A stretch of DNA of 64,000 nucleotides from Candidatus Sericytochromatia bacterium (GCA_036676495.1 JAKFCT010000014.1:32001-96000); one strand, 5' to 3'. Shown: positions 19,284 through 29,090, counted from the first letter of the stretch. The notes: generated from the letters alone by a model not told the origin. Made by a program: numbers and translations.

Positions 19284-20623
19284 GAACGGGGGTCTCCTTC
19301 GGGCATGCGGGTTTCGGCCGTTGCCGGGGGCATGCCGAGTGCGGCGGCCAGCTGAGCCACCACGGCTTCGGCGGCTCCAGCCGGGCCCATGACCTGGCTG
19401 ATGGCCAGCTTGATCTCGCGCCGGCGCGGCGGGCTGGAGAGCAGGTCGAGGGCGGTGCGGGAAACCTCTTCGGGAGGGAAGACGCCCTTGAGCTCGGGAG
19501 TCAGCATGCGTCCCGCGCGAACGTTGGGAAGCGCGGTCAGGGAGGTCCGGCGGGCCACGGCCTGGACCAGCTGGCGCTTGAGCCACTTTCCGACGAGGGG
19601 GAGGTTTCCGACCTGACCGGGCAAGCCGTCCAGCGGAATCTCCTCGGGCTTGTTGAGCGGCAGGAGCACGAGCATCGGGACGCCCAGGATGGCGAGCTCG
19701 GCGGTGTTGGTGCCGGGGACGGTCATCGCGAGGTCGGCGATCGCCATGCCCGCCAGGTGATGCTCGGGGGCGAGCACCCGAATCTGCGCTCCCTGCGGGG
19801 TCACCAGCACGGCGCGGTCGTCGTTGGTGATCAGACGGGCGGTCGTCCCCCCGGTGACCGAGGCGTAGCGCTCGTTGGAGGCCGCCTCGGCAATCTGGGA
19901 GAGCGGCGTCCACGGGCTTTGGTGCATGACGAACTGCAGCCCGGGGTTCGCCTGGTGCATGAGCTCGGCGACTCGCAGCAGCAGCGGGGTGATGAACTTG
20001 ACCTTGAAGGGCTTGCTGCCGGGCAAGAGGCCGATGATCATCTCTTCGGAGTTGAGCCCCAGCGCCCGGCGGGTCTGATGGGGGTCGAGATCGCGGCGCA
20101 CGGCATCCACCATGAGGTTGCCGACCATGGCCACCTTGGAGGCGGGCAAGCGCATCTTCTGGAGGCGCGCGGAGACGTCGGCATCGCTGGTCAGGAAGCG
20201 GGTGACGAAGGGCGCCCAGCGGCCGGTGGTTTCGGTGTAAACGAAGAGCGGCTGGCGCAGGCGGCGGGAGAGCATGACCCCGAAAGCCTGGTCTCCGCCC
20301 ATGAAGAGGACCGCCCCCGGCCCCCGTTCGGGCAAGGGCCCCCGAAAGATCCGTCGGATCGTCTCGTCCGGGCGCCAGACTTCAATAAGCCCGTCACTCA
20401 GGCCGTCAGGCCGTTCAAGGAGGCTTTCCGGCGCCGCAGGCGCGATGTCTGCGCCCCAGCCGGCGATGGTCTCGGCTTCCTGACCGCTCGCATAGGGGCA
20501 AGGCACCAGGGCGATCCGCAGCTTCACGCCCGGCAGCGCCGTGCGGAGCACGCGGACGACCGGTCGCACCCAGGTGGCGAGCTCGCCGGGGCCGTTGGAG
20601 ATGATGGTGATGGTTGCCTGCAT
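19280..20623 (-). CDS. Lipid-A-disaccharide synthase-related (LpxB-like) protein
   Basis: IISNGPGELATWVRPV, FMGGDQ, VGNLMVD, GLLPGSK, TVPGTNTAELAILGVP; neighbours an MsbA-like transporter. Confidence 0.75.
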   Translation of the reverse strand: MQATITIISNGPGELATWVRPVVRVLRTALPGVKLRIALVPCPYASGQEAETIAGWGADIAPAAPESLLERPDGLSDGLIEVWRPDETIRRIFRGPLPERGPGAVLFMGGDQAFGVMLSRRLRQPLFVYTETTGRWAPFVTRFLTSDADVSARLQKMRLPASKVAMVGNLMVDAVRRDLDPHQTRRALGLNSEEMIIGLLPGSKPFKVKFITPLLLRVAELMHQANPGLQFVMHQSPWTPLSQIAEAASNERYASVTGGTTARLITNDDRAVLVTPQGAQIRVLAPEHHLAGMAIADLAMTVPGTNTAELAILGVPMLVLLPLNKPEEIPLDGLPGQVGNLPLVGKWLKRQLVQAVARRTSLTALPNVRAGRMLTPELKGVFPPEEVSRTALDLLSSPPRRREIKLAISQVMGPAGAAEAVVAQLAAALGMPPATAETRMPEGDPRS

Positions 20624-20773
20624 GGATGTCACCGGCGGCCTCGGCGGCCAAGCGTTGCGTCCCCCCCATTCTAGCCCGTGCGGGAAGGCACGTAAAGGCC
20701 GAGAGGCCCGCCCCAGGGGGCAAGGCCTCTCGAAACGGCTCGTCGAACCCGGTGGGTTCGGCGGGGATGCGGC

Positions 20774-21328
20774 TTAGACGCGGTCCATCTCGCGGCCCAA
20801 GAGGGCCAGGTGAGACTGGTTGACGATGCACTCCGTGTAGCAATCGCAGCCGCAGCGCTGGCAAAGGGTCGCGATCAGGTCGCGATCCCCCATGAACGCG
20901 GCCGTGACGAAGCTCCTCAGCCCGCGGTGCATGGCCTTGGTATCGTCCGGGCTCATCTTGGCCAGGATGCCGTCCAGCCGCTCGCGCCGCTCGGAGCGCA
21001 CCCGCTCGAGCAGCGCGAGGCCGGTCTCGGTGACCGTGAGTTCCGATTGCCGGCGGTCCTTCGCATTCTCCTGGCGGGTGACGAGATCCTTGGCCACCAG
21101 GCGGTCGACCGCCTTGGTCGCCGCCGGGTAACTGATGCCCAGGCCATCCGCCAGGTCCCCCACGTAGTTGGGGTTATGCCTCGCCAGGAAGAGCAGGGCC
21201 TGGACCTGGGCCGGGGTAATGTCCAGGTCCTCCAGCTCTTTGAGCGGCTCGTTGATCAAGACCTTCCCGAAGAGATCCACGAACAACTCGAACAGGGTCT
21301 CCGTATCACGCAGGAGCAGGTCTTTCAT
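20774..21328 (-). CDS. MarR family regulator with Cys-rich C-terminal tail
   Basis: wHTH (ITPAQ..AL..., LADGLGISYPAATKAVDRLV.K.LV.R...KDRR..LTVTETG); tail CQRCGCDCYTEC. Confidence 0.88.
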   Translation of the reverse strand: MKDLLLRDTETLFELFVDLFGKVLINEPLKELEDLDITPAQVQALLFLARHNPNYVGDLADGLGISYPAATKAVDRLVAKDLVTRQENAKDRRQSELTVTETGLALLERVRSERRERLDGILAKMSPDDTKAMHRGLRSFVTAAFMGDRDLIATLCQRCGCDCYTECIVNQSHLALLGREMDRV

Positions 21329-21331
21329 GGG

Positions 21332-22399
21332 TTACCTCAGGACCGGAAGCTCGATCCGCGTCACCGAGTTGACGGAGACCTTGGCCGCCATGGCCTGGGC
21401 AATCCGCCGGAACGCGCCCGCCTGAGGCGATTGCGGCTCGGCCACGAAGACCGGTTCGCCCTTGTCGCCGCCGGTCCGGATCTTGGGATCCAGCGGGATC
21501 TCGCCGAGGAAGGGCACCTGGGCATAGGTGCTGGTCTTCTCGCCGCCGCCATGGTCGAAGATGGCCGTGGACTCGTTGCAATGGGGGCAGACGAAGGTGC
21601 TCATGTTCTCGATCAGGCCGAGAATGGGAACGTTGACCTGCTTGAACATGTTGAGGGTCTTCATGCCGATCTGCGCCGCGACCGGCTGGGGGGTGATCAC
21701 GATGACCGCGCCGGAGAGCGGAAGGATCTGGGTCAGGCTCAGGGGTACGTCACCGGTGCCCGGGGGCAGGTCGACCAGCAGGTAGTCGATCTCTCCCCAC
21801 TCGACATCCCGGACGAACTGCTGGAGCACGCCGGTCAGCATGGGGCCGCGCCAGATGACGGGATCGTCGTTGTTGGGCAGCATGAAGCCGATCGACATCA
21901 TCTTCACGCCATGGCGCTCGACCGGGATGATCCGGCCGTCGCGGGTGCCGGGGCGGCTGGTGGCTCCCATCATCAGGGGGATGGACGGGCCGTAGATGTC
22001 GGCGTCCAGGAGGCCCACCTTGGCTCCCGACTCCGCGAGGGCGAGGGCCAGGTTGACGGCGACGGTCGACTTGCCGACGCCGCCCTTGCCGGAACCCACC
22101 GCGATCACGTGCTTGATGCCGGCCGGACGATTCCCGTTGAGGGGCGCGCCGGTAGGGACGTTGGCCCCGAACGCGACGGTGACCTCGGTGACGCCGGGGA
22201 TCTGCTTGACCGCAGCCGTCGCCTCGTTGCGGATCTGGTCCTTGAGGGGACAGGCAGGGGTGGTCAGGACGACCTTGAAGGACACATGGCCCCCGTCGAC
22301 CTTCACGTCCTCGATCATGCCGAGCGTGACGAGATCCTTGCGGATCTCGGGGTCGTTGACGGTCGATAGCGCCTTCATGACTTGTTCGTTGGTGGGCAT
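21332..22399 (-). CDS. mrp: Mrp/ApbC (NBP35) Fe-S cluster carrier ATPase
   Basis: N-terminal DUF59-like (DPEI..., TTPACP), GKGGVGKS, DADIYGPS, DLPPGTGD, ENMS..CPHC. Confidence 0.95.
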   Translation of the reverse strand: MPTNEQVMKALSTVNDPEIRKDLVTLGMIEDVKVDGGHVSFKVVLTTPACPLKDQIRNEATAAVKQIPGVTEVTVAFGANVPTGAPLNGNRPAGIKHVIAVGSGKGGVGKSTVAVNLALALAESGAKVGLLDADIYGPSIPLMMGATSRPGTRDGRIIPVERHGVKMMSIGFMLPNNDDPVIWRGPMLTGVLQQFVRDVEWGEIDYLLVDLPPGTGDVPLSLTQILPLSGAVIVITPQPVAAQIGMKTLNMFKQVNVPILGLIENMSTFVCPHCNESTAIFDHGGGEKTSTYAQVPFLGEIPLDPKIRTGGDKGEPVFVAEPQSPQAGAFRRIAQAMAAKVSVNSVTRIELPVLR

Positions 22400-22454
22400 T
22401 CCAATCTCCTCGATACGGGAAGGGTCTCCCGGACCCCTCGACTCCCTTGAATCT

Positions 22455-22467
22455 TAACGCGGTTAAC
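22455..22467 (-). promoter_or_regulatory. Candidate operator GTTAACCGCGTTA upstream of mrp-marR
   Basis: Near-palindrome TTAAC-N3-GTTAA, 55 nt before the mrp ATG; the same 13-mer occurs at 41258. Confidence 0.5.
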
Positions 22468-22492
22468 CAAAAACGACAAGCATCCGAATCGT

Positions 22493-22526
22493 GAAAGGCC
22501 CCGCTCACCCGGGAGCGGGGCCTTTC
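22493..22526 (-). terminator. Terminator hairpin downstream of the CPA2 antiporter
   Basis: 14-bp stem GAAAGGCCCCGCTC / GAGCGGGGCCTTTC. Confidence 0.65.
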
Positions 22527-22548
22527 GCAATGCCTCGCGACGGCGGAT

Positions 22549-24306
22549 TTACATCTCGGTGAGCGGCTTCAAGGAAGGAGGCCGTACGATCCCGGGATCG
22601 CGCGCGCCTTCGTGCTCATGATAGCCGGAAGGGAAGTAGAGCCGCATCGCCCGGGCGATCTCGCGCTCCCCCATGATGATCGTGTCGGCGCCCATCGATT
22701 GCAGATACGCCACCTCGCCGTCCGTATGAGCCCGCGAGACGATCACCAGGTCGGGATTGCGCAGCACCGTCTGCTCGATCAGATGTCCCGCATCGATGGC
22801 GTTCGGGATGGCCACGAACATGCGCGTCGCCGCGGTCACGTTGGCGGCCTCGATCAGTTCCGCGGGAGAGGCGGGCCCCATGAGCACTTCGATTCCGAGC
22901 GTGCGAAGCCGCTCGGCAATCTCCGGATTCTCCTCGATGACGAGGAATGGAACCTTCTCGGCCCGCAACGCCTCACCCAAGAGGGATCCCACGCGCCCAT
23001 AGCCGATCAGGATGACGTGATCGCGCAGGGAGGTCTTCCGCAGCCGCACGGGCACGGTCTCTGCCGCGGCCTCCCCGGCGCCGGCCTCGGAGGCCTCACG
23101 CAGTTCGAGCCAGGGACGCAAACGGTCCACCAGCGCGAAGACCATGGGGTTCAGCATGATCGAGAAGATGGCGCCCGCCAGGATCAAGTCCCGGGCCTGC
23201 ACCGGCAAGAGGTTGAGGCTGACTCCCAGGGTCGCGATGATGAAGGCGAATTCGCCAATCTGCGCCAAGCTCGCAGAGATCGTCAACGCCTTGCTCATCT
23301 TGTGGCCGAACGCGCGCACGATGAGCATCGCCGCCGCGGATTTTCCCACCATGATGATCCCGATGGTCGCGACCAGGGGCCAGAAGTCCCGGACGACGAT
23401 GGTCGGGTCGAGCATCATGCCGACCGAGACGAAGAAGAGGACGGCAAAGGCATCACGCAGGGGCAGGATCTCGGTGGCGGCCTGGTGGCTGAGCTCGGAT
23501 TCGCTCAGGATCATGCCGGCGAAGAACGCGCCCAGCGCGAAGGAGACCCCGAAGAGCTCCGCCGAGCCGAAGGCGACTCCCAGGGCGATGGCAAGAACGG
23601 CAAGCCGGAAGAGCTCCCGCGAGCCCGTCAGAGCGACACGATGGAGCAGCCAGGGGATGAAGCGGCGCCCCACGATCAGCATGACCGCGACGAAGGCCGT
23701 CACCTTCGCCAGGGTCAGGCCGATGCTCGCCAGAATGGCCTGCAGCCCCCCCGAGCCTCCCGCGGCCGTCGAATCCGTGCCGAGGATGCTGGCGAGCGCC
23801 GGGAGCAGGACGAGCGCCAGGACACAGGCGAGATCCTCGACGATGAGCCAGCCGATGGCGATGTGCCCCTGGCGCGTTTCGAGGAGATGGCGGTCCTGGA
23901 GGGCACGCAATAGGACCACGGTGCTCGCCGTGGCCAACGCAAAGCCGAAGACGAAGCCCGTCACGGACGACCAGCCCATGGCGAGCGCGAGCCCCCAGCC
24001 CATGAGGGTCGCCATGGCGATCTGTACGAGGGCCCCCGGAACGGCGATGGCCTTCACGGCCATGAGATCCTTCACCGAGAAATGCAGGCCCACCCCGAAC
24101 ATCAGGAGGATGACGCCGATCTCCGCGAGCTGGGGAGCCAGTTCGAGATCTCCCACGAACCCGGGCGTGAAGGGCCCGACCAGCACACCGGCCAGCAAAT
24201 AACCGACCAGAGGAGAGAGGCGCAGGCGCTGGGCCACCATCCCGAACAGAAACGCCAGGACCAGGCCCCCGACGATCAGGGCAATAAGTGAGGTATGATG
24301 GGGCAT
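22549..24306 (-). CDS. CPA2 cation:proton antiporter, YbaL/RosB family, with TrkA-N domain
   Basis: MPHHTSLI start, GVILLMFGVGLHFS, GWLIVEDL, PLRDAFAVLFFVSVG, IGYGRVG. Confidence 0.92.
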   Translation of the reverse strand: MPHHTSLIALIVGGLVLAFLFGMVAQRLRLSPLVGYLLAGVLVGPFTPGFVGDLELAPQLAEIGVILLMFGVGLHFSVKDLMAVKAIAVPGALVQIAMATLMGWGLALAMGWSSVTGFVFGFALATASTVVLLRALQDRHLLETRQGHIAIGWLIVEDLACVLALVLLPALASILGTDSTAAGGSGGLQAILASIGLTLAKVTAFVAVMLIVGRRFIPWLLHRVALTGSRELFRLAVLAIALGVAFGSAELFGVSFALGAFFAGMILSESELSHQAATEILPLRDAFAVLFFVSVGMMLDPTIVVRDFWPLVATIGIIMVGKSAAAMLIVRAFGHKMSKALTISASLAQIGEFAFIIATLGVSLNLLPVQARDLILAGAIFSIMLNPMVFALVDRLRPWLELREASEAGAGEAAAETVPVRLRKTSLRDHVILIGYGRVGSLLGEALRAEKVPFLVIEENPEIAERLRTLGIEVLMGPASPAELIEAANVTAATRMFVAIPNAIDAGHLIEQTVLRNPDLVIVSRAHTDGEVAYLQSMGADTIIMGEREIARAMRLYFPSGYHEHEGARDPGIVRPPSLKPLTEM

Positions 24307-24369
24307 CGTCGGCTCAGACCTCCAGTTCTGGGACGCGGGTAGGGTTGATTTTTTTGGGCTTTTTTGATT

Positions 24370-24392
24370 ATATCACCCATTTTGGTTGATAT
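24370..24392. promoter_or_regulatory. Candidate operator in the divergent promoter region
   Basis: ATATCACCC-atttt-GGTTGATAT (8/9 inverted repeat) in an AT-rich gap between divergent genes. Confidence 0.4.
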
Positions 24393-24413
24393 TGGCCTTT
24401 TAGGAAAGAATCC

Positions 24414-24713
24414 ATGACGAGAAAAATTACCGCTCTGACGCCGATGCAGTGTCGGGCGGCGCGCGCGCTGCTGGACTGGACCCAGCAGGAACTCGCGGAT
24501 ATCGCCCAGGTCTCGCGCGCGACGGTTCGCGATTTTGAGCAGGGCAAGCATGACGCGCACCGGAGCACGGAGTGCATGATCCGAGAAGCCCTCCTCGAGG
24601 CCGGCATCACGTTGGCCACGGATCCCCTCCTCGGTGAAGGAGTCTTCCTGCGCCGGAACGGCAGCGGATCGACGGTCGTCCCGGAGTCCCTTGGCCAGGA
24701 TTCGCCTGACTAG
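24414..24713 (+). CDS. XRE-family HTH protein
   Basis: QCRAARALLDWTQQELADIAQVSRATVRDFEQG, ending ALLEAGI...GEGV. Confidence 0.85.
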   Translation: MTRKITALTPMQCRAARALLDWTQQELADIAQVSRATVRDFEQGKHDAHRSTECMIREALLEAGITLATDPLLGEGVFLRRNGSGSTVVPESLGQDSPD

Positions 24714-24769
24714 CGCGACGTGGTGAGCCTGCCCGACGCTGCGGGCACATCCCTCCCCGCGCCCATGAA

Positions 24770-24817
24770 CAAACGCGAGGCGCCCTTCCTGTTGCCAGGA
24801 AGGGCGCCTCGCGTTTG
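24770..24817. terminator. Bidirectional terminator between the XRE gene and secF
   Basis: 22-bp perfect stem CAAACGCGAGGCGCCCTTCCTG with a 4-nt loop, between convergent genes. Confidence 0.7.
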
Positions 24818-24831
24818 AATTGGCGCGATGC

Positions 24832-25776
24832 TTAGGCGGCGGCCGGCGCCGTCGGCTTCTTGTTGCTCCAGTTGCGGATCAGCACCACCACGGGGACGGC
24901 GTTGAAGATGCTGGAGTAGGTGCCCGAGATGACTCCGATGAGCATGACGAGGGTGGCGTAGAAGATCGTCGATCCCCCCATCAGGACCAGGGGCAGCAAG
25001 GTCAGCACCAGCGTGAGCGAGATGTTGATCGAGCGCGCCAGGGTCTGGTTGATGCTCAAGTTGGCGACGTCGTCGAAGGTGTCGCCCTTCTTGGCAAGCC
25101 GCATGTTCTCGCGCAGACGGTCGAAGATGACGATCTTGTCGTGCACCGAGAAGCCCATGATGGTCAGCAGGGAGACCACCAGCATGCCGTCCGCCTCGGC
25201 CCCGAGCACCAGGCTCAGGATCGAGAAGGTACCCAGCATGACGACGCCATCGTGAAGCATCGCGAGGATCGACGAGACGGCGAAGTCGAACTGGTAGCGG
25301 AAGGTGATGTACAGGAGCAGGGCCAAGGTGCCGATGCCCATGGCCATGGCGGCGTTCTTGAGCAACTCGGCGCCGATGGTGGGGCCGACCGACTCGAGGC
25401 GGAAGGTCTTCTCGTCGATGGTGCCGAGCGTGCCGAGCGAGGCCTTGACCTCGGTGGACTTGGCCTTGTCGAGGTACTGGCTGCGGATCATGACGGTCTT
25501 GTTGTCCGTGGAGGTCTGGAGGTGCGGATGCACGCCCTGCTTCTCCAGGAGGCTGCGCACCTTCTGGGTCTCGACCGGCTCGGAGAAGGTGGCCTGCATG
25601 AGGGTGCCGCCCGTGAAGTCCAGGCCCAGCTTGACCGGCGCGCCGAAGTGCTGCATGCACATGATGATCGCGATGGTGAACGGCACCATGTATGCGAGCG
25701 AGAGCCAGAGCCAGAAGCCCTTGCGGCCCATGACGTTCAGGTGGAACTTGGTGTTGGAAGTTGATTCGTTGGCCAT
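24832..25776 (-). CDS. secF: Protein translocase subunit SecF
   Basis: GLDFTGG, ESVGPTIG, HDGVV, GFSVHDKIVIFDRLRE, GTYSSIF. Confidence 0.96.
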   Translation of the reverse strand: MANESTSNTKFHLNVMGRKGFWLWLSLAYMVPFTIAIIMCMQHFGAPVKLGLDFTGGTLMQATFSEPVETQKVRSLLEKQGVHPHLQTSTDNKTVMIRSQYLDKAKSTEVKASLGTLGTIDEKTFRLESVGPTIGAELLKNAAMAMGIGTLALLLYITFRYQFDFAVSSILAMLHDGVVMLGTFSILSLVLGAEADGMLVVSLLTIMGFSVHDKIVIFDRLRENMRLAKKGDTFDDVANLSINQTLARSINISLTLVLTLLPLVLMGGSTIFYATLVMLIGVISGTYSSIFNAVPVVVLIRNWSNKKPTAPAAA

Positions 25777-25788
25777 GGAGCTCCCCCT

Positions 25789-27075
25789 TTAGCTAGCCTT
25801 GTTAGGCTCGGGGGCTTTGACCCCGAAGTAGGACGATTGGTTGAAGGCCTTGTTGCTCAGGATCTGGAAGAGCAGGACCCGGGTGACGGTGATGGCGGTG
25901 AACATCGAGACGATGACGCCGAGCGCCAGGGTCAGCGCAAAGCCTCGCACCAGGCCGGTGCCGAAGATGTAGAGGATGATACAGGTCAGCACGGTGGTGG
26001 AGTTCGAGTCGAAGATCGCCGTGAAGGCGCGCTTGAAGCCGATCTCGATGGCCGAGTAGAGGCTGCGACCCCGATTGAGCTCCTCCTTGGTCCGCTCGAA
26101 GATCAGGACGTTGGCGTCGACCGCCATGCCGATCGAGAGGATGAAGCCCGCGATGCCGGGAACGGTGAGGGTGACCGGGATCAGGTGGAAGATGGCGAGC
26201 AGCAGGACGGTGTAGATGCCGAGCGCGATACTGGCCACGAGGCCGGGCAGGCGGTAGTAGCCGATCATGTAGAGCACGACGAGCGAGAAGCCGACGATAC
26301 CCGCCATGACCGACGCCTTGACGGTGTCCGAACCGAGGGTGGGGCCGACGGTGCGGTTCTCGATCTCCTCGAGGGGAACCGGCAGGGCGCCCGCGTTCAG
26401 CTGAACGGCGACGTCCTGGGCTTCCTTGGCCGTGAAGTCGCCGGAGATGACGGCGTCGCCGTTGAGGATGGGCTCGTTGACGTTGGGGGCCGAGATGACC
26501 TTGTCGTCGAGGACCATGGCCACGGGGCGGCCGACGTTGCGGGAGGTGATCTCACCGAAGAGCTTGGCTCCCTGGGGATCGAACTTGATGGTCACGACCC
26601 AGCCGCCGCCCATGCCGGGGTTCGGCTCGGCCTTGGCGGAACGCAGCATGGAGCCGTCGAGGCCGGTGTCGACCCAGGCGGGCATCGCGGGAGCGCCGGG
26701 CTTGGCCGGCTGCGCCGCGGTGGCGGCCTGCTCCTGGAACTTCAGGTGCGCGGTCTTGCCGATCATGGCGCGGGCCCGGTCCGGATCTTCGATACCGGGC
26801 AGTTCCACGACGATCTGGCGATCGCCCTTCTTTTGAATGAGCGGCTCGGCCACGCCGAGACCGTCGACGCGGTTCCGTACCACCGAAATGATGCTCTGCA
26901 TCACCTCGGGGGTCACCTTGATCTTCTCGGTGTCCTTGGCTTCGAGCACGACTTGCATGCCGCCGCTGATGTCCAGGCCGAGCTTCGTCGGGAAGCGCTT
27001 CTGATCCTGGAGCACGTAAAGAGAACCGAGCGTCAGGAGGACCACGACGAGGAGCATGATTTTCCTAGGGCTCAA
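25789..27075 (-). CDS. secD: Protein translocase subunit SecD
   Basis: LGLDISGG, LGVAEP, LNAGALP, IGMAVDANVLIFER; TTG start at 27075 behind AGGAGG. Confidence 0.96.
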   Translation of the reverse strand: MSPRKIMLLVVVLLTLGSLYVLQDQKRFPTKLGLDISGGMQVVLEAKDTEKIKVTPEVMQSIISVVRNRVDGLGVAEPLIQKKGDRQIVVELPGIEDPDRARAMIGKTAHLKFQEQAATAAQPAKPGAPAMPAWVDTGLDGSMLRSAKAEPNPGMGGGWVVTIKFDPQGAKLFGEITSRNVGRPVAMVLDDKVISAPNVNEPILNGDAVISGDFTAKEAQDVAVQLNAGALPVPLEEIENRTVGPTLGSDTVKASVMAGIVGFSLVVLYMIGYYRLPGLVASIALGIYTVLLLAIFHLIPVTLTVPGIAGFILSIGMAVDANVLIFERTKEELNRGRSLYSAIEIGFKRAFTAIFDSNSTTVLTCIILYIFGTGLVRGFALTLALGVIVSMFTAITVTRVLLFQILSNKAFNQSSYFGVKAPEPNKAS

Positions 27076-27232
27076 GAGATCGCCTCCTACTGCGTGTTGC
27101 CCCGTGTGATTGGGCGGGTGTTCACTCCCGGAGAGCGCCGAAGGGGCTCCGATCCGGGTGGGAGATATGGCCCGGGCCGTCTCGCCATTCGGGACGTAAC
27201 CCCCGGACGACGGACCTTTTTGGGCCTTCGAC

Positions 27233-27261
27233 AGTATAGGGAGTGGCCTGGGTGATGTCAA
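27233..27261 (-). promoter_or_regulatory. Sigma70-type promoter for secDF
   Basis: On the minus strand, TTGACA (27261-27256), a 17-bp spacer, then TATACT (27238-27233). Confidence 0.75.
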
Positions 27262-27297
27262 CGGAGACCCAAACGGCCATCTCGGCCGGGTTTCGCC

Positions 27298-27822
27298 CTA
27301 CCGCCTGGGTTTCCTGAACCGAAGCAGGCGCTTCGCCCGCGAGACGATCGTATCCGCCATGGTATGCAGCGCCGAGCCGCCCCAGACGCCCAACAGGCCG
27401 TAGCCGACCCATGTCGGGTCGAGCCCGGTCGCGAGCACAGCCCCCCGGGTCGCCCAGCGCTCCCAACCGGCATCCAGCCATCCCAGCCCTCGGCCCAACG
27501 CCCAGATCCCCGCGAACGCCGCTGCCAGCCAGAGGCCCAGGTAGACGATCCGGACGATCGGTCCCAGAAAGAGGCCATGCGTCCACGCCGAGCGGTGCCG
27601 GAACATGCGCTGATAAGGAGTCCAGATCCCGCGCAAGGGCCCCCAGCGGCGGACCTGGACGCTCGGCAGGTCGAGGTCGGGGCCGAACATCAAGCCGCCG
27701 AACAGGAAGCCTGCCCCGAAGATCGCGCCCGCAAGCCACGATTCCGTGGCCCCGCCGAGGCCGAAGGCCAGCGGAAAAGCCGCTCCCCAAGTGAGTCCGT
27801 CGTGGGTCCTTCCCGATGGCAC
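27298..27822 (-). CDS. DUF2227-like putative metal-binding membrane protein
   Basis: MPSGRTHD, PDLDL, RWGPL..IW.PY...F.HRS...HG, H...D motifs. Confidence 0.8.
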   Translation of the reverse strand: MPSGRTHDGLTWGAAFPLAFGLGGATESWLAGAIFGAGFLFGGLMFGPDLDLPSVQVRRWGPLRGIWTPYQRMFRHRSAWTHGLFLGPIVRIVYLGLWLAAAFAGIWALGRGLGWLDAGWERWATRGAVLATGLDPTWVGYGLLGVWGGSALHTMADTIVSRAKRLLRFRKPRR

Positions 27823-27853
27823 CGTCTAGCCAAGCCTTTCGCGTTTCGCTACA

Positions 27854-28663
27854 ATGGCCCGGTCCCCTCCCCGTGCCGCGCTCAGGAGCCTACCCGTGCT
27901 CAAGCTCCTCCGGATCCTCTTGGTCACCAGCTTCACGGCGCTCGGCGCCTTCGTGATGCTGCCCCTGCCGTTCCTGGTCTGGGGCCCGGCGGCGTTGCCG
28001 GGGGCGGCGGAGGCCATTTCCTGGGGGGGACTCTCCGCAGGCCTATTCTACCCGTCGGCCCAACTCCTCGGAGTCTGGCTCGCCGGCTGCTGGCTCGGCC
28101 CCCGGGCCGGAGTCACCAGCATGGTGCTCTACCTCGCCCTGGGGCTCTTCGGACTGCCGGTCTTCATCGACGGCGGCGGCCTCCAATATGCCCAGCACGG
28201 CGCCTTGATGCCCCTGCTCTCGTTTCCCGTGGCCGCGTGGGTGATCTCGCGCGTCCGCGGAGAAGGGCCGGGACGTCGGACCTTCTGGGGCTTGCTCGCC
28301 GGGACCTTGATCGTCTCGGGAGTGGCGATCGTCAGCAGCGTCGCCGGGACCGGACTCTGGCTGGACGGGCCGCAGTGGTTCGCCTTCACCGCTCCCCAGC
28401 TTCAAGCGCTGGGCGGTTGGCTCGCCATGATGGTCCTCGTCGCCGCGGCCGCCTCGCGGATCGACCGCCTCTATCGCCGCTGGTATCCCCCGGCGCCTCC
28501 CGCCGAGCCGGAGCCCGAGCCCGAAGAAGCGGAGGCACCGCCCCAGCCGGCTCCCCCGGGGCTTACTCCCGGCCGCCGGGATCAACGCGCCCTGCCGCCC
28601 GCGATCACCGAGAACGCGAAGCGGCTTAGCGATCCGACGAGGCCCCAGCCTCCCGCTCGATAA
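27854..28663 (+). CDS. bioY: BioY-like biotin transporter with a Pro-rich C-terminal tail
   Basis: [29 protein letters not shown] signature. Confidence 0.75.
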   Translation: MARSPPRAALRSLPVLKLLRILLVTSFTALGAFVMLPLPFLVWGPAALPGAAEAISWGGLSAGLFYPSAQLLGVWLAGCWLGPRAGVTSMVLYLALGLFGLPVFIDGGGLQYAQHGALMPLLSFPVAAWVISRVRGEGPGRRTFWGLLAGTLIVSGVAIVSSVAGTGLWLDGPQWFAFTAPQLQALGGWLAMMVLVAAAASRIDRLYRRWYPPAPPAEPEPEPEEAEAPPQPAPPGLTPGRRDQRALPPAITENAKRLSDPTRPQPPAR

Positions 28664-29087
28664 GCAACGTGACGGGGCCGTCGTTGACGAGCTCCACATC
28701 CATGTGCGCGCCGAAAACTCCCGTCTCGACCGGCAAGCCCGCTTGGCGTAGGCCTTGCACGAACGCATCGAAGAGGGGTTGAGCCACCTCCGGGCGAGCG
28801 GCCTGGATGAAGTCCGGGCGTCGCCCGCGGCTGGCATCCCCGTACAGCGTGAACTGGGAGACCGCGAGGACGCCGCCGCCGATGTCGACGACGGAACGGT
28901 CCATCTTCCCCGCTTCGTCCGGCCAGATGCGCAGGCCCAGGCATTTCTGGACCAGCCAGTCGGCTTCCTTGGGGGTGTCTCCGGTCCTAATTCCGACCAG
29001 GAGCAAGAGGCCGGGGCCGATTTCGCCGACGACCCGACCGTCAACCGTGACCTTGGCGCGTGCAACGCGCTGGAGCAGCACCCGCAT
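28626..29087 (-). CDS. dtd: D-aminoacyl-tRNA deacylase
   Basis: [25 protein letters not shown]. Confidence 0.96.
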   Translation of the reverse strand: MRVLLQRVARAKVTVDGRVVGEIGPGLLLLVGIRTGDTPKEADWLVQKCLGLRIWPDEAGKMDRSVVDIGGGVLAVSQFTLYGDASRGRRPDFIQAARPEVAQPLFDAFVQGLRQAGLPVETGVFGAHMDVELVNDGPVTLLIEREAGASSDR

Positions 29088-29090
29088 GGC

